Source: Phaeosaccion multiseriatum (lineage: Eukaryota > Protista > Ochrophyta, other classes). Taken from it: a stretch of DNA of 64,000 nt. Positions 32,791 through 49,444 of the stretch are shown in pieces; positions within the stretch are counted from its first letter, which is position 1, and each line of letters begins with the position of its first letter. Location: contig OZ218954.1 of NCBI GenBank assembly GCA_965112735.1, positions 1-64,000 on the forward strand. Direction: 5' to 3'. The translations under genes and the position numbers were made by a program. Under the pieces are notes generated by a model. It saw only the letters and a list, made by a program, of their open reading frames with translations. It was not told where the DNA came from and searched no databases.

Positions 32791-33763
32791 CTTGTTCGGT
32801 CGGCACCCCCCGGTGCCTCTACAGGCGATGCTTCCGGCGCTAGTGGAGGACGGGTCGTTTGCGTCTGCCTCGGCATGGGTTCATGAGCTGCGGGCACGTC
32901 TGGCAGCGGCTGCGGCGGTGGTCAATGGGAGGCGCTGCGACTACCACGGGAGATTGCAGCTGAAGAACGCCTCACGCCGGTGGCCGACGCCCCTGCGACC
33001 CGGAACCAAGGTGATGTTGTATCGTCCTGGTGCCGCCGCCCAGCAAGAAGGGGAAGAACTCGAAGGGCCCCCGTCAGCGCAACTCAAGGCTCTGCAGCAT
33101 TCGTGGGATGGTCCTTATACAGTCTTGCCTTGGCCATCACTGGGGGCCTACTGTGCTCAGCACGGGCGGGTGAGTGAAGAGCACTATCAGGTCATGCAGC
33201 GCAGCGCAGTGTATCTGTCTATGAAACGGGTGCGAGGCAATGGGGTGGAGCAGCTGCAACGGGCGTACCACAGAGACTTGACGAAGCCGTTCGTCGACGG
33301 GGTGAGCGAGCGGCCTTCCGGACTCCCGGAAGGGTTCGCCAGGTACCATATCCGTTGGTGCTCTCCTCAGTGGGCTACCAGCGCAATGCAGGAGCAGCGT
33401 AGCTTAGAGCTGGACGAGGTTAGCGAAGGGAAAGTGCCCCAGCTGGCGAGGATTGTGAAATTTCGCTGGCGCAAGGCCACCGGGCTGCCACTGCGGCGCG
33501 AGTATAACGTGCGGTGGGCGGTGGCGGACGGAGGCACTTTCCAGACCTGGGAATGGGCAGAGTGGTTGCTGGAGCGGGGACACGCCAAGGCCATAGAGGC
33601 ATTCGAAAACGCTCTCCCACACACTGCCCTCAACCCAGGAGTGAATGTCAAAAGAGGGCATAGGTCTAAACGGGAAAGCACGATCCGCCTGCGGCAACAT
33701 GAGAAGTGGGGCAGCGGGCTGGCGCACGAGACGCAATTCTATCGCTCGCATCTCGGCTTTTGA
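32791..33763 (+). CDS. Pol of outer element, C-terminal part: integrase end and chromodomain
   Basis: LFGRHPPVPL continues the integrase. Chromodomain RIVKFRWRK...EYNVRWA...TWEWAEWL. Colinear with the inner element C-terminus. Confidence 0.9.
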
Positions 33764-33801
33764 GGGAGCTGGCGGAAGAAGCGGGGGTGTAGTGAGGGGG
33801 A

Positions 33802-34025
33802 TGTTAGAAGTGGCCTAGTTGGGGTCCCTTGGGGACCCAATCAGTAGTGTAACGGCCGGAAAACGGGCCAACAGACGGTAAATCAGTAATAAATAAAAGG
33901 GAGCGCAGCCTGCGTGTGGGCTGGCTTCCGGGTGCTTGTCTCAGCTTCTGCTTAGCTTCTGCTTGGCTTCTGCTTTCTGCTTGGCTTTAGCTTGGCTTTC
34001 AGTCTAGCTGTCGGTAGTTTCGACA
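33802..34025 (+). repeat. Probable 3' LTR of outer element
   Basis: Starts TGTTAGAAGT right after the purine tract GTGAGGGGGA and contains AATAAA. Probable end is TTTCGACA. The right boundary is uncertain because no 5' LTR is available for comparison. Confidence 0.6.
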
Positions 34026-34277
34026 CGGCGACAGTGTTGGACAAGAGCAGGAGCACAAGCTTGCCTTCTTGTAAGCGCGCTCGAGGAACCAACGGCAACC
34101 TTTCTTTATTTTTTTTTACTTTAATTACCAAATCGACAACGGTCAGAAGAGCAGGAGCAGCAGCAGCAGGGGGGGGGGGGGGGAGGAGACGGACGACAAA
34201 GAGGAAGTCGATGAAGGCCGTGGGAAGGAAGACACGGAGGCGACGAGGGGCAGGGGAGGCGTGTTAAGATCCCTCAT

Positions 34278-39436
<5,159 letters not shown>

Positions 39437-39499
39437 GGTGGGACTATTTCAACCCCACTGGCCCCCCCCATATGTTAGAGCACTTCCCTTTTCAACCCC

Positions 39500-40053
39500 T
39501 GCTGAAAGTCAGTATTATGTCAATGGCCCGAATCCCCTCCCCGTGGCCCGTTCCTCGCTCACCTCCCACGGATAAAGCTAATAGAGACAAGGCTGGCTGC
39601 CAGGCTGGCTTTGGGGTTGCTATTACCTTATCCATGCGGCTACTCCTATCCTAGGTGCAGAGCAACGTTTAAAAAAATTAGCCAGGCCCAGATTGCCCCC
39701 CGGGGCCCACACAAGGGCCTGTTCAACCCCCAGAGCCCCCTGTTCAACCCCACCCAGCACACCATAGACACATTGTAGCCTCATTGCGACAATGGTGGCA
39801 CCATTTCAAACCCACCGGCCCACAGAAGGCACAGTTCTCAACCCTCCCGGGTGTACAGAGGATAGGAAAAGGTAATAGCAACCCCAAAGCCAGCCTGGCA
39901 GCCAGCCTTGTCTCTATTAGCTTTATCCGTGAGCCATCCTAAACGACCAACCTGCTGGGAGGTGAGTGAGAAACGGGCCACGGGCCACGCACGGACCGTT
40001 TCTCACCTTATCTGCCTGGGCCTGGGCCATTGACATAATACTGACTTTCAACA
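39500..40053. mobile_element. Nested non-autonomous inverted-repeat elements (outer TG...CA IR; inner ~63-bp TIR element 39567-39931)
   Basis: TGAAAGTCAGTATTATGTCAATGGCCC is inverted at 40024-40050. CACGGATAAAGCTAATAGAGACAAGGCTGGCTGCCAGG... is inverted at ~39869-39931. No TSD seen. Confidence 0.75.
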
Positions 40054-40061
40054 CGACTCAC

Positions 40062-40322
40062 GCCGCCCTGTCCTTACACAACCAGGCTCTGGGAGAGGAA
40101 CCCGTGCTCCTGACGTGCGTCAGTAGCTCGCGTACCCACCGGGGACAGATCACAAATACAACAGCCTCTTCAACCCCACTGAGCACACCAGCCATAGCTG
40201 CACGCAGCCCAGACTGACACGGTGCCAGTTGTGATCTGTCCCCGGTGGGCACGCGAGCTGCATACGCATGACAGGAGCTCGGGCTGCTCTCTCAGAGCTT
40301 GGTTGTGTAAGGACAGAGCGGC
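40062..40322. repeat. Foldback/MITE-like imperfect inverted repeat, ~95-bp arms
   Basis: GCCGCCCTGTCCTTACACAACC...CCGGGGACAGATCACAA pairs with TTGTGATCTGTCCCCGG...GGTTGTGTAAGGACAGAGCGGC. Confidence 0.75.
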
Positions 40323-40414
40323 CAGCAGGCTTGCCCTTGGGTTTAGCTGTATTTCAAGAGTCCTACTGTTGCTACAATGTAAACTGACACCTATCCTCTG
40401 AAGTTAATACACCT

Positions 40415-40516
40415 TGTTAGAAGTCGTACTTTTGCTAGACTGATGCTTCCCGGTCTGAATTCAGTGGATAGGTATCAGTCCAGCAAAAGTACGACTTCTA
40501 ATAAGGCTAGATGTGA
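40415..40516. mobile_element. Diverged family-1 hairpin, loop in flipped orientation
   Basis: TGTTAGAAGTCGTACTTTTGCTAGACTGAT...ATCAGTCCAGCAAAAGTACGACTTCTAATA, followed by AGGCTAGATGTGA, which matches the family-1 spacer end. Confidence 0.8.
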
Positions 40517-40597
40517 CAACCTACCAGTAGCTCACAAAGTAATGGAATATTAACACTATCTTAACACCAGGTATGCTACAGCTGCTGCCTACTGAGA

Positions 40598-42445
40598 TTA
40601 TTCGCAGTGTACCGAGACCGAGCGAAGAGTGGCGGCCTCGTTCTCTTCCCCGGGGGGCGGGCTGCAGGCAGAGATGGTCACGCTGAGCCCCCCTATCGCT
40701 GCCTCCTCCGACCCCCCCGGAACAGTGCCTTTGTCACTGCCAGTGCCAGTGCGAGTGGCAAGCATCCATTCTTGCGTGGGCCCGCCAGCCAGGACGCTGC
40801 ACTCCTTCTGCACCCCGTGATACCGCAGGTCGTAGCCGGGCATGTGCCATCGGATGCCATCTGTGTTGTGCCCCCAGAAGCTAAAACCCAACACCTTGCA
40901 CTGCTGGGCAAAGCGCAGCATCAATGGCTGCTCCTGACTTGCTGGAATGGATGTATCTCCAGCCCCCTCATCTCCTTCCTCCCCACAGGTTGGCAGATAC
41001 ACAGCTATTTGACGGTCGAGTCGCGAGGGGTCCTCCTTGCCCCCGTGCTTTTGACCACAGCCCGGGCACGTCACCTCGCAGCCCTGGTCAGCCACGGCCG
41101 GAAGGTCCCAGTTGTACGACATTGTGTAGCCCGATGGTTCCAATACGCTGCGCCACAACACCTCCTCACTGCCCGAGATGCAAGGGAGAGACGGGGGCGT
41201 TATCTCGAACGCCGTGGCCCCACCGCCGTCTACAGCCTTGCCGCTGCCACCCACATGTCTGCCTGTCATGTACTGCAGCAGGATAAGGCGCACCTCCTTG
41301 GAGATCCAGTCGTGCACCAATGCGGTGGGGTGCACACCGCTGGGGGCCAGCCAGACCGACTTTTTGGAGCACAGCTGCTCGCAGCCCACCTCCTTGGCCA
41401 ACACTCCCACTGCGCAAGCTGTGCAGGTGTCGACCACGTGCTGCCCCACGTCGACGACTCCGACGATGTTGGGGTAGGCCTTGATCCGCTGCTGCAGCAA
41501 TTCTAGCACCGTGCGTCGTACTGACACCCTGTGCGGCAGTGCTTCCGAGGCCAGAGAAGTGGTCACCCCACGGCCCTTGAGCCCGCTGCTGGTGGGCCCC
41601 ATCACCTCCAGCTGATAGTCCCAAAGGAATATGAGCACCACGGGAATGGGCTCGGCGCCTGTGCTCTCGCACAAGTGCTGCACCTGCTGCATAAACATGT
41701 CCAGTATGAACATCTCGTCCTGCTTGTGGTTTTCCAGCAGCACGGGGTCGTCCACCGCGCCGCCCAGGGCCTTGACTCTGTTGTCGTCCTGTTTCATGAA
41801 GCCCACGTCGTTAATAGCGTACTCCCAGGTGATAAAGTTGGTGTCGCGGGCCACGAGACTGCTGAACAGCGATGCCGCGTACAAGGTGTTGGTACTTCCA
41901 TGACCCTCCTGCGCCACAGTCACCTCCGGCATTGTGCTGTTGATGCGCCTGCAGTACTGCTCCTCCACGGGCACCTCTGCCCCCGCCGTGGCGGAGCCCC
42001 CCAAGCACGCCAGGCGAATTGGCGTGTCCAGGTACAAGGGAGCAATGGCCCCAACATCGTTTTGGTACCTGGCGTTGAGGGCAGCAGCAGCATCATCCTT
42101 CGCAGCAGAGGCGCGGATGTTGCCGGACGCCTCATCCATCTCCTCCTCCTTGGAGGGGGGGGGGGTTGAGAGGGGCAGGGAGACAGGGTGTAAGCTGCTA
42201 GCGGTCTCAGTTGCATTAAGAGCCGCGGCAACGGCAGGAGCAGCAGCAGGAGCAAAAAACTCTCCAGGCCTCGCTTGCCTGGCGGCCCAAGACGAGCTAA
42301 GAGTCACGGCCGAGTAGAAGACCATCACAGAGGAAACAAAGACAATCCCCAGAGCTACAGTCCGTCCCCGCTCTGCTGGAGGCCTGGCTCTATGTTGGCC
42401 CGGAGCGCCGACAAGGCTATCGCTCTCCAAGTCGCAGGCGTCCAT
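40598..42445 (-). CDS. SGNH/GDSL-type hydrolase/esterase with N-terminal membrane anchor, intronless
   Basis: Block I LGGSATAG, block II GHGSTN, block III EYAIND, block V GVHPT. One N-terminal TM segment. Confidence 0.75.
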   Translation of the reverse strand: MDACDLESDSLVGAPGQHRARPPAERGRTVALGIVFVSSVMVFYSAVTLSSSWAARQARPGEFFAPAAAPAVAAALNATETASSLHPVSLPLSTPPPSKEEEMDEASGNIRASAAKDDAAAALNARYQNDVGAIAPLYLDTPIRLACLGGSATAGAEVPVEEQYCRRINSTMPEVTVAQEGHGSTNTLYAASLFSSLVARDTNFITWEYAINDVGFMKQDDNRVKALGGAVDDPVLLENHKQDEMFILDMFMQQVQHLCESTGAEPIPVVLIFLWDYQLEVMGPTSSGLKGRGVTTSLASEALPHRVSVRRTVLELLQQRIKAYPNIVGVVDVGQHVVDTCTACAVGVLAKEVGCEQLCSKKSVWLAPSGVHPTALVHDWISKEVRLILLQYMTGRHVGGSGKAVDGGGATAFEITPPSLPCISGSEEVLWRSVLEPSGYTMSYNWDLPAVADQGCEVTCPGCGQKHGGKEDPSRLDRQIAVYLPTCGEEGDEGAGDTSIPASQEQPLMLRFAQQCKVLGFSFWGHNTDGIRWHMPGYDLRYHGVQKECSVLAGGPTQEWMLATRTGTGSDKGTVPGGSEEAAIGGLSVTISACSPPPGEENEAATLRSVSVHCE

Positions 42446-42799
42446 TCGCCCCCCCTACTCCTCTCCCCTCCTTCCTCTCGCTCCTGCTGCTGGTGGTGCC
42501 ACTCAGTGCTGCGGTAGTTCACCACCAGTTACGCTGCTGTTCGCCCCCCCTTCTGCATCCTTCTCCCTCCCTTTCTTCTGTACAATTTATTCTATGGTTG
42601 TCAAAAAGTAATGGCTCATCGCCCCTGACCTGATATCCGCCCCTTAGACTTCTTGGTGATCCGTTGGTGCCATCTGTGGAGGAATGATCCTGAAGTTCTC
42701 CTTCGCTCCCTCTTTTCTTCTTCGCTAGTACGATATTGTCACAAAGTGGGAGAGTTCGAGGGGGGGACAGGAGTAGGGAAGGTTCAGGACGAAAGGAGC

Positions 42800-45700
42800 A
42801 TGGGTTGCTGCAACTCAAAGGAGGCCCAGGGCACACAGCAGGGAGGTCCCCCTCATGCAACCGTTGGCGGCGGGCATGACCCCGTCGTATCAGCTTCGCT
42901 GGACCAGTTCTCCGCCACGCAAGGGACTACCCTCGCCGAGGCCAAGCGGGCCTCCATGTCGAGCAACGCTGACAACAACACGAACAGGAAGAAGACGAAG
43001 CTGGAGGAGATGGAGGCGGGTAGGGCGGCGGGCGATTGCTGCTGCCGCAAATGCTACGACAAGAAGGCACACGCCGCTCTCGAGGTGAAGATTCATATGT
43101 ACTATCCTTTCTGTACTGTACCCTGTGTAGAAGAGAGAGAGAGAGAGAACTTGCAGAGTTTGTGGCATAGCACATTCAACCCCCCCCCCCACCACCCCCT
43201 CCTCCAGGCATTTTGCAAGGAAAAAGGCGTGTCGGCAAAGGCTACCCCCGCTGTGGAGGCACTGACTGGAACCACTCTCCTCCCACCAGCAGGTAAAGTT
43301 GTGGCTGAGTTTAGCCCATTGCGAACCTGTCATACGACGTCGTAGAGTGCGAAGGGACGCCCGACCCCTTTGACCCCTCTAGCGCCCCTCGTTACCCTAT
43401 AACCCGTCAGGAGCTGCCGGCAATGACGCATTGGCTGGCAAATCGACCTTTGTGAACTGGGGGGAGACCGTCCGATCCGATGGGCTACAGATCTTCACGC
43501 CCAAGGACGAGGGGGGGGTGGCCAAGATCCTGTCCGAGGCGAGGAAGCAAAGCCCCCCTCCGCAGATCCGATGCCGGACGGCAGGCCACTCCTGGACACC
43601 GGTGTTTGCCGACAGTAACGACTGGGTACGTCATGTTTGCCGAAGGACCGTAGGGGTGCAGGATGGCACTGGATGGTACTGGTGAACAGTGCTATCACAA
43701 GCCCCGAGGAGTTCCTTCCTTTCATGCCTTCCCCCATCTGTTCTCACGCTTTAGGATATGTAGACTGAGAGACTCGCCCGTCCACGCCCCTCCTCTCTCT
43801 CTGTACAGCCCCGTTGTGTAAGCTCCAAGGAGTTCCATCCTTTCTCTGTCTTACGATCCCCTGTACTTTGACATACCGCCCACTGCCATCCCTCCATTCC
43901 TGGCCCTTCGACTCGTGTGTGCGATGACATTAGGTGCTGGACATGCGGAGCCTCAACACCATTCACTGGGACGAGAACAAGCACCCCACGCAGGTATGCA
44001 CTGTACACTGTCTGTCTCTTGATTGCTTCAGGTGCAGCTTCCATCTCGTGGACCTCGATTCGCATTATCGATTGGTGCTAGTGTCTAAGCTAAAGCTGCT
44101 GTAACTGCGACAGATCACGATAGGACCGGGCTGCACGTCGGGGCAGCTCGGAGTGTTCCTCGACAGCAAGGAGAGGGGCAAGTGGAGGGGGATGGGCCTG
44201 CCCGGAGGTGGGTAGAGGGGTTGCGGAGGGATGGCAGTGGATGGGTGGTGGGTGGATGGCAGGGGAAGGGGGGAGTGGGTGTGGGTGGTGGATGGGAGGG
44301 GAAGGGGGAAGTGTCGATGTTCTAATGAAGGCTGCACTTTATCATCTGAAACTCTAAACTTTACAGACGTGGTGCTTGAGGACGTGTGCTACGGAGGCAT
44401 CATCCTCATGGGGTGCCACGGAACGGGCAAGACGGCAACTGTGCCCGACTACTGCACCGCCACTACCGTCATGCGGGCAGACGGGACCATCAAGAGGTGG
44501 GGCAGTCAGACCTAGATAATAGTGGGTGGATGGCAATGGATGGATGGCGGGTGGAAAGTGACTTGCCCGGTGGGGGGGTGATGTTTGTCTGTCCCTTCCT
44601 TGATATCAGATACCCAGTCCATAAGCCCTGTCCTGACACTCTATCCATAAGCCCTGTCCTGACACTCTGTCCATAAGCCCTGTCCTGACACTCTGTCCAT
44701 AAGCCCTGTCCTGACACTCTTATTCATAAGATCTGTCCTGGCACTCTGTCCATAAGCCCTGTCCTGGCACTCTGTCCATAAGCGCTGTCCTGACACTCTG
44801 TCCATAAGCCCTGTCCTGACACTCTGTCCATAAGCCCTGTCCTGACACACTCTGTCCTGACACACTCTGTCCTTCCCCTCCCGAACACTCGTGACACAGG
44901 TACTCCAAGGACTCCGACCCCGCCACCTTCGCTCTCGCCATCCTCTCCTTTGGCCTGCTTGGAGTGCACCTCGACTTTACCCTGCAGGTGGGTTGCTGAT
45001 TTTGGTATCGACTGTTTCTGAGCTGGCCTGGTGGAGTAGCAAGGGTGCGGTGAGGGTTATGCCTCTGTCCTAACACTTGTACTTGTGGTGTGCCTTACCT
45101 TTCTCAGACGAGCGAGGGGCCTTATAGCCTACTCACACATCTCTCCCCCCACCCCACCCCCGACTTCACCCACCCCCATCCCCCTGTCCCCCCACCTCCT
45201 GCTCCTCCCCTCCCCCCTGCCCACCCCCACCCCCTACTCCTGCCCACTTTACCGCCCCCCCCCCGTCCCCATTTCCTCCTCCCTCCTCCACCTCCGCCTC
45301 CTCTCCTCCCCATCTGCCGCCACCCCTCCCCCCTCCTCGATTCATAGCTCGACGACAGCCGCACCGCCGTAGAAGTCACAGATGCCAAGCCGGAGAACAA
45401 CACGCTGTTCCTGCCCCTCGGAGTTTCCCCCACGGCCTCCAACAACCCCTTAAAGGCCCTCTACGACAGCGTCTACGCCCTTGAGGTATTGCCTTAGCTA
45501 CCTATATGCCTCTCATATGCCTGTCCGCCATTGACCTCACCCTTTCTCCCTGAAGGTCGTTTTGGCTGCCTGACTGACTCTGTGATCTACTACGTACCTG
45601 CCTTTCTTTTTGAAGGTGTTTTGGCTGCCCGGAAACTCTCTCCGCGTCACCAAGCCGTTCAGGTGAAGTGATAAATCGATTGCTGACAAATTCATATCCA

Positions 45701-48541
45701 TCAATCAACACTTAACCCTAAGTATGTCGACCCTGGATCATGCATTGTATCATAACGTCCACTAAACTAGACTCAAAACTGTAACTGTCATTGTCACAGG
45801 CCCTTCGCGAAGCAGGAGTGGGACCCCTACAAGGACAACCTCGTGGTCAAGACCTTCAAGCGCACCGGAAGGTCAGTGCGTTAACGGGGGGGGCTCTGAG
45901 GGGTGTTAACGGGAGTTAGTGTCAGGCCGAAGATGTGCGGCCCTATCCTACCCTTGCCCTACCCTGTCATACCCTACCCTACCCTACCCTTCCATACCCT
46001 TGCCCTACCCTGCCATACCCTACTCTACCCTACCCTTGCCCTACCCTTCTCTTCCCTTCCATACCCCATCCTATCCTACCCTACCCTGTCCTACCATACC
46101 CTGCCGTGCCCCGCCCTCTACCCTACCCCATCCCATCTCAACCTGTACCCGTACCCTTTCCTTCCGTTAACCCCCCCTTAATCCTGCTTAACCTCGTTCC
46201 TCAGACCCGTGCCCAGAGACAACGACGGCTTCTTCGGCATCGGAGCGGGCAAGTCTTCCCTCTGTATACATCGCTCTCCCTCTGTTTCACTCTCTTCGCC
46301 CCCCTTTCCCTTGTTTCTCTCTCAACCCTCCCTCTTCGTCCCTTCCTCTCTCTCTCGCACCTTCCCCTCACCCCTGTCTCTCTTGCGCTCTATCTCTCCC
46401 TCTCTCTTGCATGCCCCCCCCGCCCCTCTCTCTCCCTCTCAAATACACACACCCTCCCCCACTCCTCTCCTGTGCAGGCAAATCTTCTCGGTTTGATGAG
46501 AATTTTGCGCTCCCGGATTTCCTCAAGGTTAACCTCGGAGGGGCGGGCGTGGCTCTGATGGAGAAGTAAGTGGGAGGCTTGCACTTGTTGTCAGCCCATC
46601 ATGCTTGTAGGCAGTCGGGTCGCGTGCCCGCTCGACGAGATGACCTAAGCCTTGACCTCCAGCCCTATCTCATGTATTACGCCTTAACCTCCACATTAAC
46701 GGCCCTTGTAACCATTTTCCCCCTTAACGCCCGCTAAACCCCACATCCCCCGAAGGTTTGGCGATGACCCCTCCTTAGTGGCCTTCTACGCAGACAACGC
46801 CCTCAAGGCCTTCGATCCCGTGAGTAGAGGCGCAGTTGTAGTGTCAGTTTCAGTTTTGTCAACTCCCCAAGGGGTCGATATCGATATCGACATTGGGTCT
46901 TGGGACTCATTCATCGATGTTGGCGAAGGTCTTATGAGCTGAACTGACTGGGCAGTAGCTTAGTGCTGCTTGCTTTCATAGGACCGTAGTGTGCGTCCCA
47001 GTGCTTGCATAGGTAGGGCGGAGGGCCATGTGTGTGTGGGTCTCGATGGTCTCGCTCAACGGTCTCGCTCAACGGTCTCGCTCAACGGGCCAACGCCGTC
47101 CCTCGGAGGGGGGGCACTTGCGTGTACTGTCAATGATAAGATGTGTGGATGTGTGTGTGCGTGTGTGTGTGTGTGTGACCAAAGAGTTTTCCATCTGCTC
47201 TCGCTTTCTCCTCTCTCTCTGTGTGTCTCTCTTTCCCTGCCTTCCTCTCCGTGTCTCCCTCTCTGCCTCTCTTCGAGATCCTGTTTCTCTCTGCACTCAC
47301 TCACTGACTGATATTCTTCTCTACCAAGTAGTACTGAATGACTGATAAAGTAAACTCTTCACTGCATCCGATGGGCGGGCTCCCTGACGTACTGACTGAC
47401 TGTCTGACTGACTGACTGCCTGACATTGATGCCATCCTCTCTTCACTGACGTAGGTGGGCAAGCTAAGCGGCAGCAAGACGTACGACACCTCACTCGTTC
47501 AAGCGATCCACTGGATGAAGTACATTACCGACGGTTTCAAGGTGAGGCACCGAGTGCACAACTCGCTTACATATGCTAAAATGCTCAGATGCTTTGAGAT
47601 GGCATGACCATAACCATGGTATAGAGAGTTAATACCCTTCCCCTTTTTAGAGTGTCTCTCAGCTGCTCAGATCGTTGTTGTTGGTGGTGGTGGTGGGGGG
47701 GGGGGGTGGTGAATACAGCAGCGACTGATGGCCCTTGCGACTTCCTTCCGTGCTCACTCGACTTCCTTCCGTGCTCACTCGACTTCCTTCCGTGCTCACT
47801 CGACTTCCTTCCGTGCTCACTCGACTTCCTTCCGTGCTCAGCGAGGGTGGGTCGTGCTCTCCTCTCTCTCTGCTTACGCTGTTCTCTCTCTCTGCTTACG
47901 CTCTTCTCTCTCGCTGCCCCTCTTTCTCTCGTTCTCTTCCTCCTTCGCCCTGTCACTCTCTGCCTTTCTCTCACTCTCTCGCTCGCTCTCTCTCCTCTCT
48001 CCCCGCCCCCCTCTCTTGCTGTCTCCTGTCTCCCAACTGGCGTACACCACAGGTGTCGGATGTGGAGGTGTGCATCTTGGCGGATGACGATTTCACCAAC
48101 ATCTACAAGGCGTGGGCCCAGTGCATTGCAATCACAAAGCGCACTCTTGATGAGGGCAATGTGTTGCCCCTCAATGTGGCCATGGAGTTCAGGTGGGTTG
48201 GAAATGTACTTCGGTCCTGACACCAGGTGGTGGATTGTGAAGGGTTAGCTTTTGAGCTTGAGTTCATTGGGCGGGCCCACCCCACCTTTTGTCTTTCATG
48301 CAAGGCCACCCCCGGCTTTCTTTCGACGCACGATATCGCTGTCCATATCTTGGGTAATTGACTAGAGGCCAACGAACTGAAACTGAACTGACCCGGCCCC
48401 CCACCCCACCACGATGTGCTGATCACGTGACTGACTGTGTACCTTTTGCTCCGCCCCCCTCTGCCCTCCTCCCTGCTCCTTCTTCTTCTCCACCCCTTCC
48501 TCCTCCTCTCTCCTCTCCTCAAACTTGTTCTCTCCTCCTTT

Positions 48542-48573
<32 letters not shown>

Positions 48574-49444
48574 ATCTCCCCCCCCTTCCCTCCTCTCCTT
48601 CCCCCCATCTACTGCCATCCATCCCACCCCCCTCCACAACAGATTCACCAATCACAGCTCATGCCCTCTGTCCCCCGCCTACGGCAAGCCAGGTGATGAT
48701 TCGGCCTCTCCCCTGTGTCCCTTGGCCCCTCTCTCATTGTGCCCCTCTCTTTGTGTCCCTTGGTCCCTCTCTTTTGTGTCCCTTGGACCCCCTCCCCCTG
48801 GGCTCCTTGGCCCCTCTCTCATTGTGCCCCTCTCTTTGTATCCCTTGGCCCCTCTCTTTGTGGCCCTTGGCCTATGGAATGTCTGTCCAGGCGATGTCTT
48901 TGCCTGGATAGAGATCCTGTCCTCCACGGGCACCCCCTCCCACAAGCCCTACGCCAAGGAGGTGGCTGAAGTATGGATGTCTTCGACCCTCAAGGTACAG
49001 TCCTGACACCAGCCACCTGTCTACTCTCTGTCCTGACACCCCCCATCCTGTCCTCATACCCCTCATCCTTTCTCCTGACACTTCTCACCTTTTCACTGCC
49101 ATCCCCTCATGACCCATCCACTGCCATCCACTGCCATCCCCTCATGACCCATCCACTGCCATCTCGCGAAGGACGGCACCCCTGCGGCCAGACCGCATTG
49201 GGCCAAATTTGCCGCTTCTTCCGTCCCCAACGCCGTGGACGTGTTTAGGTAAGCTTACATAAGATGTGATAGTTTCAGTGCGGAGATCCCCCCCCCCCCC
49301 TCACCCCCATCCAATGCCATCCGCGTGTTTGTCCTCAGGCAAACCTACAAAGCCCCCTTGGGGCAGCTGAAAGCCCTCGCGGACAGGGAGGACCCGAGGG
49401 GAGTCTTTAGAAACGACTTTTTCAACTCCATCCTCCCCAAGTAG
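42800..49444 (+). CDS. Multi-exon FAD-linked oxidase (L-gulonolactone / D-arabinono-1,4-lactone oxidase-like)
   Basis: Exon motifs in order: FVNWG, RTAGHSW, ITIGPG, YGGIILMGCHGTG, GLLGV, MEFR, RPHWAK, DPRGVFRNDF-stop. N-terminus MGCCNSK. Not all exon borders were resolved. Confidence 0.8.
44617..44870. repeat. 26-bp intronic minisatellite
   Basis: TCCATAAGCCCTGTCCTGACACTCTG in about 9 tandem copies. Confidence 0.9.
47739..47840. repeat. 21-bp intronic minisatellite
   Basis: CGACTTCCTTCCGTGCTCACT x5. Confidence 0.9.

Larger units (their letters stand above)
13599..34025 (+). mobile_element. Outer Ty3/Gypsy chromovirus, 5'-truncated (no gag, protease or 5' LTR), split by a nested element
   Basis: The pol frame runs to 19487 and resumes at 32791, restoring MAPFYALFGRHP once the ACGC duplication is removed. 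It ends at 33763 and is followed by a purine tract and a TG-starting LTR. Confidence 0.9.
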
